Source: Cenarchaeum sp.
GTDB taxonomy: Archaea; Thermoproteota; Nitrososphaeria; Nitrososphaerales; Nitrosopumilaceae
DNA: 64,000 nt
Direction of reading: 5' to 3'
Assembly: GCA_965242695.1 (NCBI GenBank)
Contig: CBDESU010000002.1
Coordinates: 1,312,001-1,376,000, forward strand
Position numbers and translations under genes: made by a program. This document shows positions 9,664-19,066 of the stretch, piece after piece. A model generated the notes under the pieces. That model did not search any database and had not been told where the DNA came from. It saw nothing but the letters and a program-made list of their open reading frames with translations. Numbering within the stretch: position 1 is the stretch's first letter; each line of letters starts with the position of its first letter.

Positions 9664-11670
9664 ATGGCGAAGAATAGCGACGGCAAGAGGCGCGCGCGGC
9701 CCAAGTCTGGGGCCAGAAGGGCGCCGACAGCAAAAAAGGCGGTGTGGAAGACCCTCAGGCACAACGGCATCGTCTTTCCGCCCGAGCACGAGCCGAAGGG
9801 GTTCAAGGTGCGCATACGCGGGGCCGAGTTCGCCCCGAACCCGCTGCAGGAGGAGATGCTGTACCAGTGGGCCAAGAAGAAGGACACGCCGTACGTGCAG
9901 GACTCCAAGTTCCAGGAAAACTTTGTGGACGACTTTGCAAAGACGCTCGACAAGGATCTGCGCAACATAGTCTACAGCGACATCGACTTTTCAGAGGCGT
10001 ACGCACTGGCCGACAGGGAAAAGGACGCGCGCGAGCTCTTGACAAAGGAGGAGCGCAAGGAGATCGCCAAGAGGCGCAAGGATGCTAGGGAGGAGATGAA
10101 AGCAAAGTACGGGACGGCGATGATCGACGACAAGCCCGTTGACATAGGAAACTACATGGTAGAGCCGCCCGGCATATTCATGGGCAGGGAACAACACCCG
10201 TTGCGGGGCCGCTGGAAGCGCCGCATACGACCCGAAGATGTGATACTCAACCTGGATGAGGCCGCACCGCTTCCTACGATGGAAGACGGCAGCAAGTGGG
10301 GGGGCAAGGTAGTCAACAACAACACGGCTACGTGGCTTGCCATGTGGACGACCGAGATCGATACGGGGCGTATCGATCCAAAGACCGGAAAGGAGCGTAC
10401 CGTAAAAATAACAAAGTACATCTGGCTGGCCGACACGGCCGAGATAAAGCAGAGCAAGGACAGAGCAAAGTACGACAAGGCCATGAATCTGTCGTCCCAG
10501 ATAGACAGGATCAAGTCGCAGATAATACCTGATATGTCCAGGATGGAGAAGCGCAAGGACAGGGATGATCCGCCAACGAAGGGCGAGATCGCGACTACAT
10601 GCTACCTGATCTACCGCACGTCAATGAGGGTCGGTGATGAAAAGGACAAAGAAGAGGAGACAGACACGGTGGGTGCCACGACTCTGTGCAAGAAGCATGT
10701 CAAGATCACCACCGATGCGATAGAGTTGGACTTTTATGGCAAGGACTACGTGCGTTGGCAAGAGACGATACCCATGGACAACCCCGAGGATCGGCAGCTT
10801 GGAAAGAACCTGCGCCTTCTCATAGCCGACATAAAACCGGACGAGGAGATATTCGCAGGAATCACATCGACCCGGGTCAACAGATACTATTCCAGCATAG
10901 TGGATGGCCTGTCGGCAAAGGTGTTCAGGACGTACCTTGCCTCGAAGGTGGTCGCCGAGTACCTGCGCGGGCACGACGACATCGCCGGTGAGCCGGCGCA
11001 CGTAAAGCTGCACCACGCAAAGCTGGCCAACCTGGAGGCGGCGATAAAGTGCAACCACAAGAGGACTATACCGAAGACGTTCGAGCAGTCGCTGCAAAAG
11101 AAGCGGGACGCCCTGGCGGCGGCCAAGGCAAAGCCCGTCGACATAAAGGGCGAGAAGCTCAAAAAGCAGGAAAAGATCACAAGGATGAAGGGGCAGCTGG
11201 ACAAGGCGGCCAAGTCGTTCGACGAGTCGCGCAAGAAGCGCAAGGCGGCCATCGCAAAGGCCGAGTCGCGCAAGGACAAGGACAAGAAGCAGGCGGCCTC
11301 CAGGAAGAAGAGGATCGCCGAGCTCAAGGCGCGCGACAAAAAGGCCTCGGCCTCGTACAAGGCAACGCGGACCAAGAGGCTCGCAGCCCTCGCCAAGGCC
11401 AAGGATGCGCCGACAAAGGCCGAGCGCGAGGCGGTGCGCAAGGCAGAGCGGGTCGAGAAGATGGAGCTTCAGGTGAGCCTCACCACGAAGACAAAGGACT
11501 ACAACATCGGCACGTCGCTGCGCAACTACATCGACCCGCGCCTGTTCAAGGCGTGGACGGACGAGGTCGGCGCCGAGTGGTCAAAGCTGTACACGTCGGC
11601 GCTGCAGCGCAAGTTCCTGTGGGTGCGCGACGCCAAGTTCGACTGGAAGGAGGTCTCGTCGCAGTACTAG
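9664..11670 (+). CDS. top1: DNA topoisomerase IB (eukaryote-like)
   Basis: WKTLRHNG, EPPGIFMGR..HPLRG, MRVGDEK, TVGATTL, FYGKD, AKVFRTY, CNHKR, TSLRNYIDPR (catalytic Tyr). Confidence 0.96.
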   Translation: MAKNSDGKRRARPKSGARRAPTAKKAVWKTLRHNGIVFPPEHEPKGFKVRIRGAEFAPNPLQEEMLYQWAKKKDTPYVQDSKFQENFVDDFAKTLDKDLRNIVYSDIDFSEAYALADREKDARELLTKEERKEIAKRRKDAREEMKAKYGTAMIDDKPVDIGNYMVEPPGIFMGREQHPLRGRWKRRIRPEDVILNLDEAAPLPTMEDGSKWGGKVVNNNTATWLAMWTTEIDTGRIDPKTGKERTVKITKYIWLADTAEIKQSKDRAKYDKAMNLSSQIDRIKSQIIPDMSRMEKRKDRDDPPTKGEIATTCYLIYRTSMRVGDEKDKEEETDTVGATTLCKKHVKITTDAIELDFYGKDYVRWQETIPMDNPEDRQLGKNLRLLIADIKPDEEIFAGITSTRVNRYYSSIVDGLSAKVFRTYLASKVVAEYLRGHDDIAGEPAHVKLHHAKLANLEAAIKCNHKRTIPKTFEQSLQKKRDALAAAKAKPVDIKGEKLKKQEKITRMKGQLDKAAKSFDESRKKRKAAIAKAESRKDKDKKQAASRKKRIAELKARDKKASASYKATRTKRLAALAKAKDAPTKAEREAVRKAERVEKMELQVSLTTKTKDYNIGTSLRNYIDPRLFKAWTDEVGAEWSKLYTSALQRKFLWVRDAKFDWKEVSSQY

Positions 11671-11716
11671 CGGCTGCGGTGGCGGCGTCCCTGCCGCCGG
11701 ACGGTGTTGCTGTGTG

Positions 11717-11808
11717 TGCCGGGGGTGGGTTTCGAACCCACGACCTCCAGATTATGAGTATCGCCTTCTTGGAGAAGCTGGCACTCTGACCCGCTGAGCT
11801 ACCCCGGC
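11717..11808 (-). tRNA. tRNA-Met(CAT), probably elongator, with 18-nt intron (11760-11777) at position 30/31
   Basis: GCCGGGG/CCCCGGC-A acceptor, GTGGG-TTCGAAA-CCCAC T arm; after intron removal the anticodon arm is CCAGA-CTCATAA-TCTGG; strict bulge-helix-bulge at the junctions. Confidence 0.93.
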
Positions 11809-11935
11809 ACGGGCAGGCGGGCGGCGCGTAACCAATTAAGTGTTGCACGGCAGGGCGTCGCCAAGGGGCCGTGTGCCCCCGCTCCCCCCCCCCTGCCACG
11901 GTAGGGTTAAATCGGCCCCGGCGGGAGTGCGGCGC

Positions 11936-13132
11936 ATGGGCGAGCTGGAAGAGTTTGCCGAGGCCCTGCTCGGCCAGCTGTCCGTCGAGCTCGACGAGGA
12001 AAAAGAGATCGCCTCGCTGTCGCGCCGCATAGCCGACGATGCCGGCTTTGATGCGCAGTTCGAGCCGCTCGCTGACCTGTCGGAGCGCCTGATGCCCGAC
12101 ATGCGGGCCCACCTCGAGGAGTTTACCGGCCTGCCGGTGCCAGACGGCGTCCGCCTCGAGCTGACCGACCTTGCCGGCTTCAAGCGGCTCAAGGGGCAGA
12201 AGGTGGCCGCCGGGGACGGCGCCGGCCGCCGGTTCGTCGACGACCTGTTCCGGGCCGTATCCGGCGAGGACAAGGGCGCAATAGCGGCCCTGATCGGCTC
12301 GGACATGCGCCGGTACCTCGTCTACTCTACGTACGCCATACAGTACATCTCAAAGCTGACGACCACGTACGGCGACTACTTTGCCTCGGCGGTGCACCTC
12401 AACGAGTTCGTCCTGTCGAGCTACCCGCAGATCATACTGTACAAGCAGGGGCCTCCGTACGCCGAGCGCTCGGGCCGCGTAGCCGCCGGCTACGCGGGGG
12501 CCGTCAAGATGACCCTTCTTGAGGAGCTTGCACACTCGCAGCAGGGGCCCCTGCACGAGGCCAACGAGGCCGCGGCGGGGCGCGTCAACGAGCTCAACGA
12601 GGAGCTCGCCGGGATAATACTCGGACTCGGCGACGGGCCCGCTTCGGCCCTGTACGACTACCTCCAGCTCCAGACAGTCCCGGACGACTTTCCGGTCGCC
12701 AAAAAGGCAAACCTGTTCTTCATGCTCAACCCCGACAACTTCATCGTCAACGTGCTCGGGCCCGACGTAATGACGTACACCAGGATAGAGGTCGACCCCA
12801 AGATATCCGAGGCCGTCCCCGAGCTGCTCGGCGTGTACCAGCGGTGGCTGCCGCACATACAGGCGCACCACGCCGCCTTTACGTCCATGGAGGGCATGGC
12901 CGAGTTTGCCGTAGAGTCCGTCTTGGCCGGCGACCCCGACTTTGAGGCGTACCTGTCGACGTTCATGGGCACCGACATGTCGGCGTACCGCGTCCGCAAG
13001 AGCATGGGCCGCGACTTTACGAGGGCCGTGCACGGCAGGCACGGCCGGGCCGCGTTCGAGAGGATTCTCGCCTGCCCGCCGACGACGCGCGAGCTGAAGG
13101 ATCCGCAGCTGTACCTAGACAGGGCCGGCTAG
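11936..13132 (+). CDS. Conserved hypothetical protein, zincin-like (DUF2342-like) with EELAH motif
   Basis: Long coding-like ORF; LLEELAHSQQ...SMEGMAEF...PPTTRELKDPQLYLDR resembles DUF2342 architecture; family call is from memory. Confidence 0.7.
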   Translation: MGELEEFAEALLGQLSVELDEEKEIASLSRRIADDAGFDAQFEPLADLSERLMPDMRAHLEEFTGLPVPDGVRLELTDLAGFKRLKGQKVAAGDGAGRRFVDDLFRAVSGEDKGAIAALIGSDMRRYLVYSTYAIQYISKLTTTYGDYFASAVHLNEFVLSSYPQIILYKQGPPYAERSGRVAAGYAGAVKMTLLEELAHSQQGPLHEANEAAAGRVNELNEELAGIILGLGDGPASALYDYLQLQTVPDDFPVAKKANLFFMLNPDNFIVNVLGPDVMTYTRIEVDPKISEAVPELLGVYQRWLPHIQAHHAAFTSMEGMAEFAVESVLAGDPDFEAYLSTFMGTDMSAYRVRKSMGRDFTRAVHGRHGRAAFERILACPPTTRELKDPQLYLDRAG

Positions 13133-13158
13133 CGGCGGCCACCGGCCGCCGATGCGGC

Positions 13159-13329
13159 TCACTCTATGATCGACTCGATGTCCTTGCCGTCCTTGACCTG
13201 CTTGATCTCGTGGCGGGCTATCTTGTTGCGCAGAGCCCTCTTGAGGACGTCGATCTCGGCGCGCATCGTGGCGATCTCGTCCTCGATCTTGGCGACGCGC
13301 TCGTAGATCGTCTCGGCCTCTTCGCTCAT
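13159..13329 (-). CDS. Small coiled-coil hypothetical protein (56 aa), not in ORF track
   Basis: Manual translation MSEEAETIYERVAKIEDEIATMRAEIDVLKRALRNKIARHEIKQVKDGKDIESIIE; high GC3; TTTTTAAG ~24 bp upstream. Confidence 0.8.
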   Translation of the reverse strand: MSEEAETIYERVAKIEDEIATMRAEIDVLKRALRNKIARHEIKQVKDGKDIESIIE

Positions 13330-13522
13330 GGCTGCGCGCCTAGATTTTTGCTTAAAAATCTATGGCACCCCCCTCGCGGGCATTCGGCCGCCTCAGGCGT
13401 TGCCGCGCCACAAACACTATCTGTTTTTGGATACTGTTGGGATGCGAGTTTGGGGCGACCTGGCAGCCCTGCTACCATCTACATAGATCATGCTTATATG
13501 GAATGATCCGCCGAACCGTGCC

Positions 13523-16402
13523 ATGCGTGTGGCAGGCCATGCCCGAGGGCGCCGTCGGTGCCTAGCGGTTGCAGTGTTGGCCGCCGCCGCAGCCGCCGCC
13601 GTTGCGACGCCCCTGCCCACTGCATACGCAGACACCTACGGCAGCCATGGGTTCTACACCGAGCATCCCCCGTCTTGGACCGTTGTCGACACGTGGGACT
13701 CCGACGGCAGGGTCGTGTTCAGCACCGCAGGGGGCACCGGCAGCGAGCAGGGCGTTGCCCGCGTCGTGGTGTCCCTGCTAGACGAGTACGAGGTTGCCAC
13801 GCGCGACGGCGGCACGGACGAGCTGCCTGCGGGCATTGAGGGCCAGGAACTGCTCGATGCGCTGGTGCAAAGTTCTAGGACGGCCTGCCAGCAGAACGTC
13901 TACGGCTCGTGCTGGTACTATGAGCTTGAGGACTCTCGGCTGGTAGTCATCGGAGGGGTGCAGGCGGCATCACTGCGCTTCAGCGCCACCGTCGACGATC
14001 GCGAGGTCACCGCCCGCGAGGTGGTCGTGCCAGCGGGCGACGGAATGTACTGGTCCGTGAGGGGAACAGCCGGCGACGGCGGGCCGATCGAGGAGGTCGA
14101 GTCGCTCGTTTCCGCTTTCCAGCTAGAGGACGGCGCGGACGGTGGCGGCGCAACTCGGGGCTATTCAACGGGACCTGCCGCATCTGCCGCCACGGGAGAG
14201 GTTCCGGCGCAGACTGCCGGCGGAAGCTGCGGCAGCGAGGACCGTGATCGGCATGCAGGATCCAACGTGATTCCCGCCGATGCGTCGATCGTGCTCGAAA
14301 AGGCACTCGATGTCAACCTCATACTAGTCGGTGGGGAGTGGTCTGCGTACGACATCTCGGTGCTCAAGCGCGAGCTTCCCTCGTACTGCGATCCGGTCGT
14401 CACGGAGACGGGCGAAAAGGTCGGCATTCGGTATCTCTACGAGTACGACTTTGTGTCGCGTCCCGACGCATCGGGACTTGTCGGCGTAATGGAGTCGAAC
14501 TCCGCCACGCGCCCGCTGTTCGAGGCGGGCGGGAAAGAGGCGAACACGTGGCTTGCCTGGTGGGTCTCGAAGTTCCACCGCTCGTGGATCACGGACGGGT
14601 TTGCGGGCGGCCCGCCGGGCAAGCCCGAGTACCGCCTCGTCGACGCCCTAGCGGTCGAGGAGTACCTGTACGAGGAGGTCATCGCATCCGATCCGGACCT
14701 GGCGGATCCCACATCCGCCAACCTCGTGTTCCTCACGCCGGATCCCTCCGACGTGCGCTACCTGTACAACTACCGCCTGGACGGCTTTGACAAGTCGACG
14801 GACAAGAGGTTCGAGTACGTGGGGCTCATGGGGTACGGGGGCGTCCACAACATGCAGTTCTTCGACCTGTACGCCGCGCCGTGGATCGACATCGACATCT
14901 GGACGTTCAAGTACGACGAGTGGGACCGCCTACACTCGCTGCACGACTGCGATGCGAGCTATCTCTCGTACGAAGAGTGCTTTTACGACGCCGCGTCGTT
15001 CCATGCCCGATCTGCGCTGAGCCACATAGTCACCCCGTCGTTCGTCTACCCCGTCGAGCACCACGAGCGCTACCTTGTCGACGTGCTGGTCTACGTGGCG
15101 CCCGGCGGCGCGGTCACGGTCACGCCCGCCTCCCTAAAGCACCTCATCAATGAGGATGCGGTTGTCTCCGAGCTAGAGTACCTGTACCCGCATGCGGAGT
15201 GGTCGCTGGAGACGTCGGTAGAGCGCCGCGACCTGCGCGGCCTCTCGCTGGACTTCAAGGGCGACCTGGAAAAGGGCAAGACCGCGGTGGTGGAGGAGAG
15301 CATATTCGGCCCGGAACGGCAGTACCTCATCCTCGACTCGGAAAACCTGCAGCCGCACCTCCTGCAGTGGGCGGCCGATCGGGTGTCCGACCGCGGCGCC
15401 GATTCGGGCACGCGGGTGATACCCGTCCTTGTCGTGGTGGGCACGACTCCCGCCGAGCTTGCAGTCGATGAGATCGGCGTCCTAGGGTACGCACCCTCTG
15501 TGCCAGGCAGCGACGGCGAGCCGTGCTGCGCGCTTGCGGTGACGGACGAGCCCAACGTATGGAATGACGGGATCGGCATTTCTGATCTTGTCCTGCACGA
15601 GGTAGGCCATACCCTTGGACTGCATCATCCGTTCCTGTCGTTCGACATCTACGGAGCGCCACACTACAACGGGTACTACAACTGGTATGCGAGCCCGATG
15701 ACGTACTCGATGCCGTCGCTGTCGTCTGCCTGCGGCCACCTCTACGGTATAGCGTACGACCGGCCGTGCGGCAATCCGTCCCTGTCGTTTACCGTGTTTG
15801 AGCGGGATCGGATAGCCGACGCCCGGCTCGCATCGCTGTACAAAAAGGTCGGCGATGCGCAGGACGGCGGAAGCGGGATCCGGCCGGGCGCGGTCGGCGC
15901 CCTGGTCGACGAGTCGATGGAGCGGTTCAGGATGGGCGATGTCCTGTCTGCGCGGGGGGCGCTTCAAAAGATGGCCGAGGCCCACGCTGCCGCCCTGAGG
16001 GGAACTCCTACGTCCCAGATCCCGGGCATGGCGCCCGCCGCCCCTCCCCCCGCAGCCGCGCCGGCTCCGCAGCCGGGCACGGCGCCGCCCGCTGTTCCCG
16101 AATGGGTCAAGAGCACCGCCGGCTGGTGGGCCGACGGCATGATCAGCGACTCGGACTTTGTCAACGGGATAGGCTTTCTCATCGACACCGGCGTGATCGA
16201 CATGGGCCCTGACGGGGCGGACGTCTCGCCGGCGCAGCGCGGGCAGCCTTCCGGCACCGCCGCCGGTGCTGCTGCGCCGCAGGTGCCTGGCTGGGTCAAG
16301 ATGAGCGCCGGATGGTGGGCCGACGGCATGATCAGCGAGGCCGAGTTTGTCCGCGGGATGGAGTTTCTTGTCTCCGAGGGAATCATCCGGACGGGGCGGT
16401 AG
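13523..16402 (+). CDS. Secreted/surface metzincin-type metallopeptidase with two C-terminal thaumarchaeal PxWxK..AGWWADG domains
   Basis: Signal-peptide-like N-terminus; HEVGHTLGLHH (HExxHxxGxxH) and ASPMTY Met-turn; Pro/Ala linker; 2x PxWVK.AGWWADGMIS..F; TTATAT at 13494. Confidence 0.85.
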   Translation: MRVAGHARGRRRCLAVAVLAAAAAAAVATPLPTAYADTYGSHGFYTEHPPSWTVVDTWDSDGRVVFSTAGGTGSEQGVARVVVSLLDEYEVATRDGGTDELPAGIEGQELLDALVQSSRTACQQNVYGSCWYYELEDSRLVVIGGVQAASLRFSATVDDREVTAREVVVPAGDGMYWSVRGTAGDGGPIEEVESLVSAFQLEDGADGGGATRGYSTGPAASAATGEVPAQTAGGSCGSEDRDRHAGSNVIPADASIVLEKALDVNLILVGGEWSAYDISVLKRELPSYCDPVVTETGEKVGIRYLYEYDFVSRPDASGLVGVMESNSATRPLFEAGGKEANTWLAWWVSKFHRSWITDGFAGGPPGKPEYRLVDALAVEEYLYEEVIASDPDLADPTSANLVFLTPDPSDVRYLYNYRLDGFDKSTDKRFEYVGLMGYGGVHNMQFFDLYAAPWIDIDIWTFKYDEWDRLHSLHDCDASYLSYEECFYDAASFHARSALSHIVTPSFVYPVEHHERYLVDVLVYVAPGGAVTVTPASLKHLINEDAVVSELEYLYPHAEWSLETSVERRDLRGLSLDFKGDLEKGKTAVVEESIFGPERQYLILDSENLQPHLLQWAADRVSDRGADSGTRVIPVLVVVGTTPAELAVDEIGVLGYAPSVPGSDGEPCCALAVTDEPNVWNDGIGISDLVLHEVGHTLGLHHPFLSFDIYGAPHYNGYYNWYASPMTYSMPSLSSACGHLYGIAYDRPCGNPSLSFTVFERDRIADARLASLYKKVGDAQDGGSGIRPGAVGALVDESMERFRMGDVLSARGALQKMAEAHAAALRGTPTSQIPGMAPAAPPPAAAPAPQPGTAPPAVPEWVKSTAGWWADGMISDSDFVNGIGFLIDTGVIDMGPDGADVSPAQRGQPSGTAAGAAAPQVPGWVKMSAGWWADGMISEAEFVRGMEFLVSEGIIRTGR

Positions 16403-16428
16403 CGTACGCGGCTGGCAATGATGGGTAG

Positions 16429-16515
16429 TGGCGCGGGGAGGGGGATTCGAACCCCCGTGTCCCAAGGGACATGGGATTAGCAATCCCACGCCATACCGGG
16501 CTAGGCGACCCCCGC
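16429..16515 (-). tRNA. tRNA-Ser(GCT), CCA encoded
   Basis: GCGGGGG/TCCCCGC-G-CCA; anticodon arm TGGGA-TTGCTAA-TCCCA; long variable arm TGTCCCTTGGGACA; TTCGAAT loop. Confidence 0.96.
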
Positions 16516-16601
16516 ACACCGCGCCGTATTGCGGCGTGCTAATAAAACTGTGGGGCGCTGCCCCGCAGCGGGGCGGGATGCAGGCGCCGCCCGGCCGCCC
16601 G

Positions 16602-17360
16602 CTACGCCTGCGCCTCGCCGTACCGCGAGTACTTTGTGACAATGTCGTCGATGGGCATGCGCGGGCCGCCGACGACCTTTAGGTCGACCGAAACGGACCT
16701 GCCGGGGCCGACAGTGATCACGTTGTACGTGTTCTCGAACAGGCCGCGGACGCGCTCGGACGTGGCCGTGCCGGCGTTGACGATCTCTAGGTCGCCAAAG
16801 TTCCACACCCACGGCCTGTGCTTGTGGCCGCACAGGACGAGGTCGACCTTTGTGGCCAGTATGGTGCGCAGCACGTCGCCGGCGTCCGTGATGGTGAGCC
16901 GGTCGGCCCCCGTGTCGGGGATGCCGATGAGGTGGTGGTGCATGGCGAGTATCTTTACGCGTCCGTCGTACTTTTTCATGGTGCGCTCCAGCCACAGGTT
17001 CTGCCTGTACCCGACCTCGCCCTCGTCGCGGTCGGGCCGGGCGGTCCCGGCGGTGACGACGACCGCGTCGCCGCCGAGCTCGTTCACGGGCTCGCTCGGA
17101 AAGTACTTCTTGAAGTGGAGGTACCCCGTGTTCCTGTAGTCGTGGTTGCCGCTGACGGCGATGATCCTGCCGCAGTCGAACCTGGAGAGCAGCTCGGCGC
17201 ACCTCTCGTACTCCTTGACGAGGCCCTCGTTCGTCAGGTCGCCGGTGACGAGCATCGCGTCAGGCCTGATGCCGCCGTTGACCTCTTCGACTATGGTGTC
17301 GAACGCGTCGGGCTGGAACTGCGAGCCGACGTGCAGGTCGGACAGCTGCACTATGATCAT
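16602..17360 (-). CDS. Calcineurin-like metallophosphoesterase (CpdA/Icc-like)
   Basis: SDLH, TGDLT, GNHD, MHHH, GHKH motifs. Confidence 0.92.
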   Translation of the reverse strand: MIIVQLSDLHVGSQFQPDAFDTIVEEVNGGIRPDAMLVTGDLTNEGLVKEYERCAELLSRFDCGRIIAVSGNHDYRNTGYLHFKKYFPSEPVNELGGDAVVVTAGTARPDRDEGEVGYRQNLWLERTMKKYDGRVKILAMHHHLIGIPDTGADRLTITDAGDVLRTILATKVDLVLCGHKHRPWVWNFGDLEIVNAGTATSERVRGLFENTYNVITVGPGRSVSVDLKVVGGPRMPIDDIVTKYSRYGEAQA

Positions 17361-17440
17361 CGGCGCGGCGCGGCGGCCGGCGGCGTTAATAACTGATGGC
17401 CGGCGCGTAGGTTAAATACGCGCCGCGGGCGGCGCGCGCC

Positions 17441-18466
17441 GTGTCGAAAAGGGCCGCGGTAATCAACGGCGACGGGACGGGCCCCGAGCTTGTCGATGCG
17501 ATGGTGCGCGTCTTGGAGGCGTGCAACATGCAGAGCGAGCTGGTGCGGTGCGAGGCCGGCTCGGAGCAGTGGGAGCGGACGGGCGGCGCGTCGTACATAC
17601 CCGACGAGACGGCGCGCATAATGGAAGAGAGCGACGCGTGCTACAAGGGGCCGACTACGACCATCCCTTCGCCGGATGCGCCGCGCAGCGTGGCCGTCTC
17701 GACGCGCCAAAAGTTCGGGCTGTTCGCCAACGTGCGGCCGATAAGGACGTACGAGCGCCTCTCGCCGGGCAGGTCGCTCGACTTTGTATGCTTTAGGGAG
17801 GCTACCGAGGGCCTCTACTCGGGGATCGAGTTCGACACGTCAGACGACTCGGCAGTTGCGATACGCAAGATTACCCGCAAGGGGTGTCGCCGCATAGCCG
17901 ATGCGGCGTTCAAGTGGGCCGCCGAGCGCGGCCTCGGGCGCGTCACGGCGATCACAAAGCGCAACATCCTGAAGCGGACGGACGGCATATTCTGGGGCGA
18001 GATAGAGCGGGCCTCGTCCGAGACGGGGATAGCCGCCGAAGAGTACTATATCGACAACATGACGCAGCAGCTCGTAAAGAACCCCGAGAGGTTCAACGGG
18101 TCGGTCCTGGTCAGCACGAACCTGTTCATGGACATCGTATCCGAGTGCGCCTCGGGCAGCATCGGCTCGATAGGCAACGTGTACTCGGCCAACCTGGGCG
18201 AGTCGTACGCCATGTTCGAGCCTGCGCACGGCAGCGCCCCAAAGTACAAGGGCATGGACAAGGTCAACCCGACGGCGGCGATACTGTCGGGGGCGTGGAT
18301 GGCCGAGTACCTCGGGGAGCCGCATGTGCGGAATGCGGTCTTCGAGGCCGTCGAGGCCGTCATCAACGAGGGCAGGGCCGTCACGTACGACATCGGGGGT
18401 GCGGCGGGCACTAGCGACATGGCCGCGGCCGTGGCCGACAGGGCCGCCTCCCTGCTGCGAAGATAG
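17441..18466 (+). CDS. Isocitrate/isopropylmalate dehydrogenase family protein (probable isocitrate dehydrogenase)
   Basis: GDGTGPE, KGPTTT, FREATEGLY, NLFMDIVSE, FEPAHGSAP, NPTAAILS. Confidence 0.93.
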   Translation: MSKRAAVINGDGTGPELVDAMVRVLEACNMQSELVRCEAGSEQWERTGGASYIPDETARIMEESDACYKGPTTTIPSPDAPRSVAVSTRQKFGLFANVRPIRTYERLSPGRSLDFVCFREATEGLYSGIEFDTSDDSAVAIRKITRKGCRRIADAAFKWAAERGLGRVTAITKRNILKRTDGIFWGEIERASSETGIAAEEYYIDNMTQQLVKNPERFNGSVLVSTNLFMDIVSECASGSIGSIGNVYSANLGESYAMFEPAHGSAPKYKGMDKVNPTAAILSGAWMAEYLGEPHVRNAVFEAVEAVINEGRAVTYDIGGAAGTSDMAAAVADRAASLLRR

Positions 18467-19066
18467 TCAGGCGGGGCGCCGCGCCTCGACAACGACGAGC
18501 TCCTCGAAGAACAGCCTTTTTCTGGCCAGCACGCCGGCTACAAGGCCGAGCCGCCCCGCCTCGGCGATCAGCGCATCGTGGCACGACAGCGACGACGTGA
18601 CGAACAGCAGCGCGCCGCCGGGGGCCACGCGCGGCGCGGCAGACCGTATGATGCGCAGCGGGACTAGCGTGCCGCGCGGCCCCCCGTCGGTGGACACGTC
18701 GTCGATGCCGTCGGTCGCCAGGTACGGCAGGTTGCACACGACAAGGTCGAACAGCCCCGACAGCGCGTCGGCGCCGTCGCAGCAGACCCGGTTGGCCCCC
18801 CTGTACGTCTGGCCCCTGAGGACCGCATGGCTGATGTCGGTGCCGACTACCGTGCCGAACGACTCTTCGAGCGACCTCGTAATGTAGCCCGACCCGCTCC
18901 CGATGTCCAGGGCCCGCCGCCCCGACCTGCCGCGCACGTGGTCGTCAAGGAAGAAGGTGTCCTCGGCCGGCTCGTACTCGGCCGCGCGCGCGACCGATGC
19001 GGCAGGCTGCGGGGACGGCTCCGGAGGGGCTGGCCCCTCTTCCCCTCCGCTCAAGGTCGCCGGCAC
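18467..19066 (-). CDS. HemK2/PrmC-like glutamine methyltransferase
   Basis: EYEPAEDTFFL, LDIGSGSG, NLPY, DGG motifs. Confidence 0.85.
   Translation of the reverse strand: MPATLSGGEEGPAPPEPSPQPAASVARAAEYEPAEDTFFLDDHVRGRSGRRALDIGSGSGYITRSLEESFGTVVGTDISHAVLRGQTYRGANRVCCDGADALSGLFDLVVCNLPYLATDGIDDVSTDGGPRGTLVPLRIIRSAAPRVAPGGALLFVTSSLSCHDALIAEAGRLGLVAGVLARKRLFFEELVVVEARRPA

Noticed and set aside
9664-11670. Eukaryote-like TopIB in an archaeon as a novelty or contamination
   Set aside because: Established hallmark of Nitrososphaerota
13330-16515. Integrated element at tRNA-Ser
   Set aside because: No duplicated tRNA 3' end (att site) or integrase found
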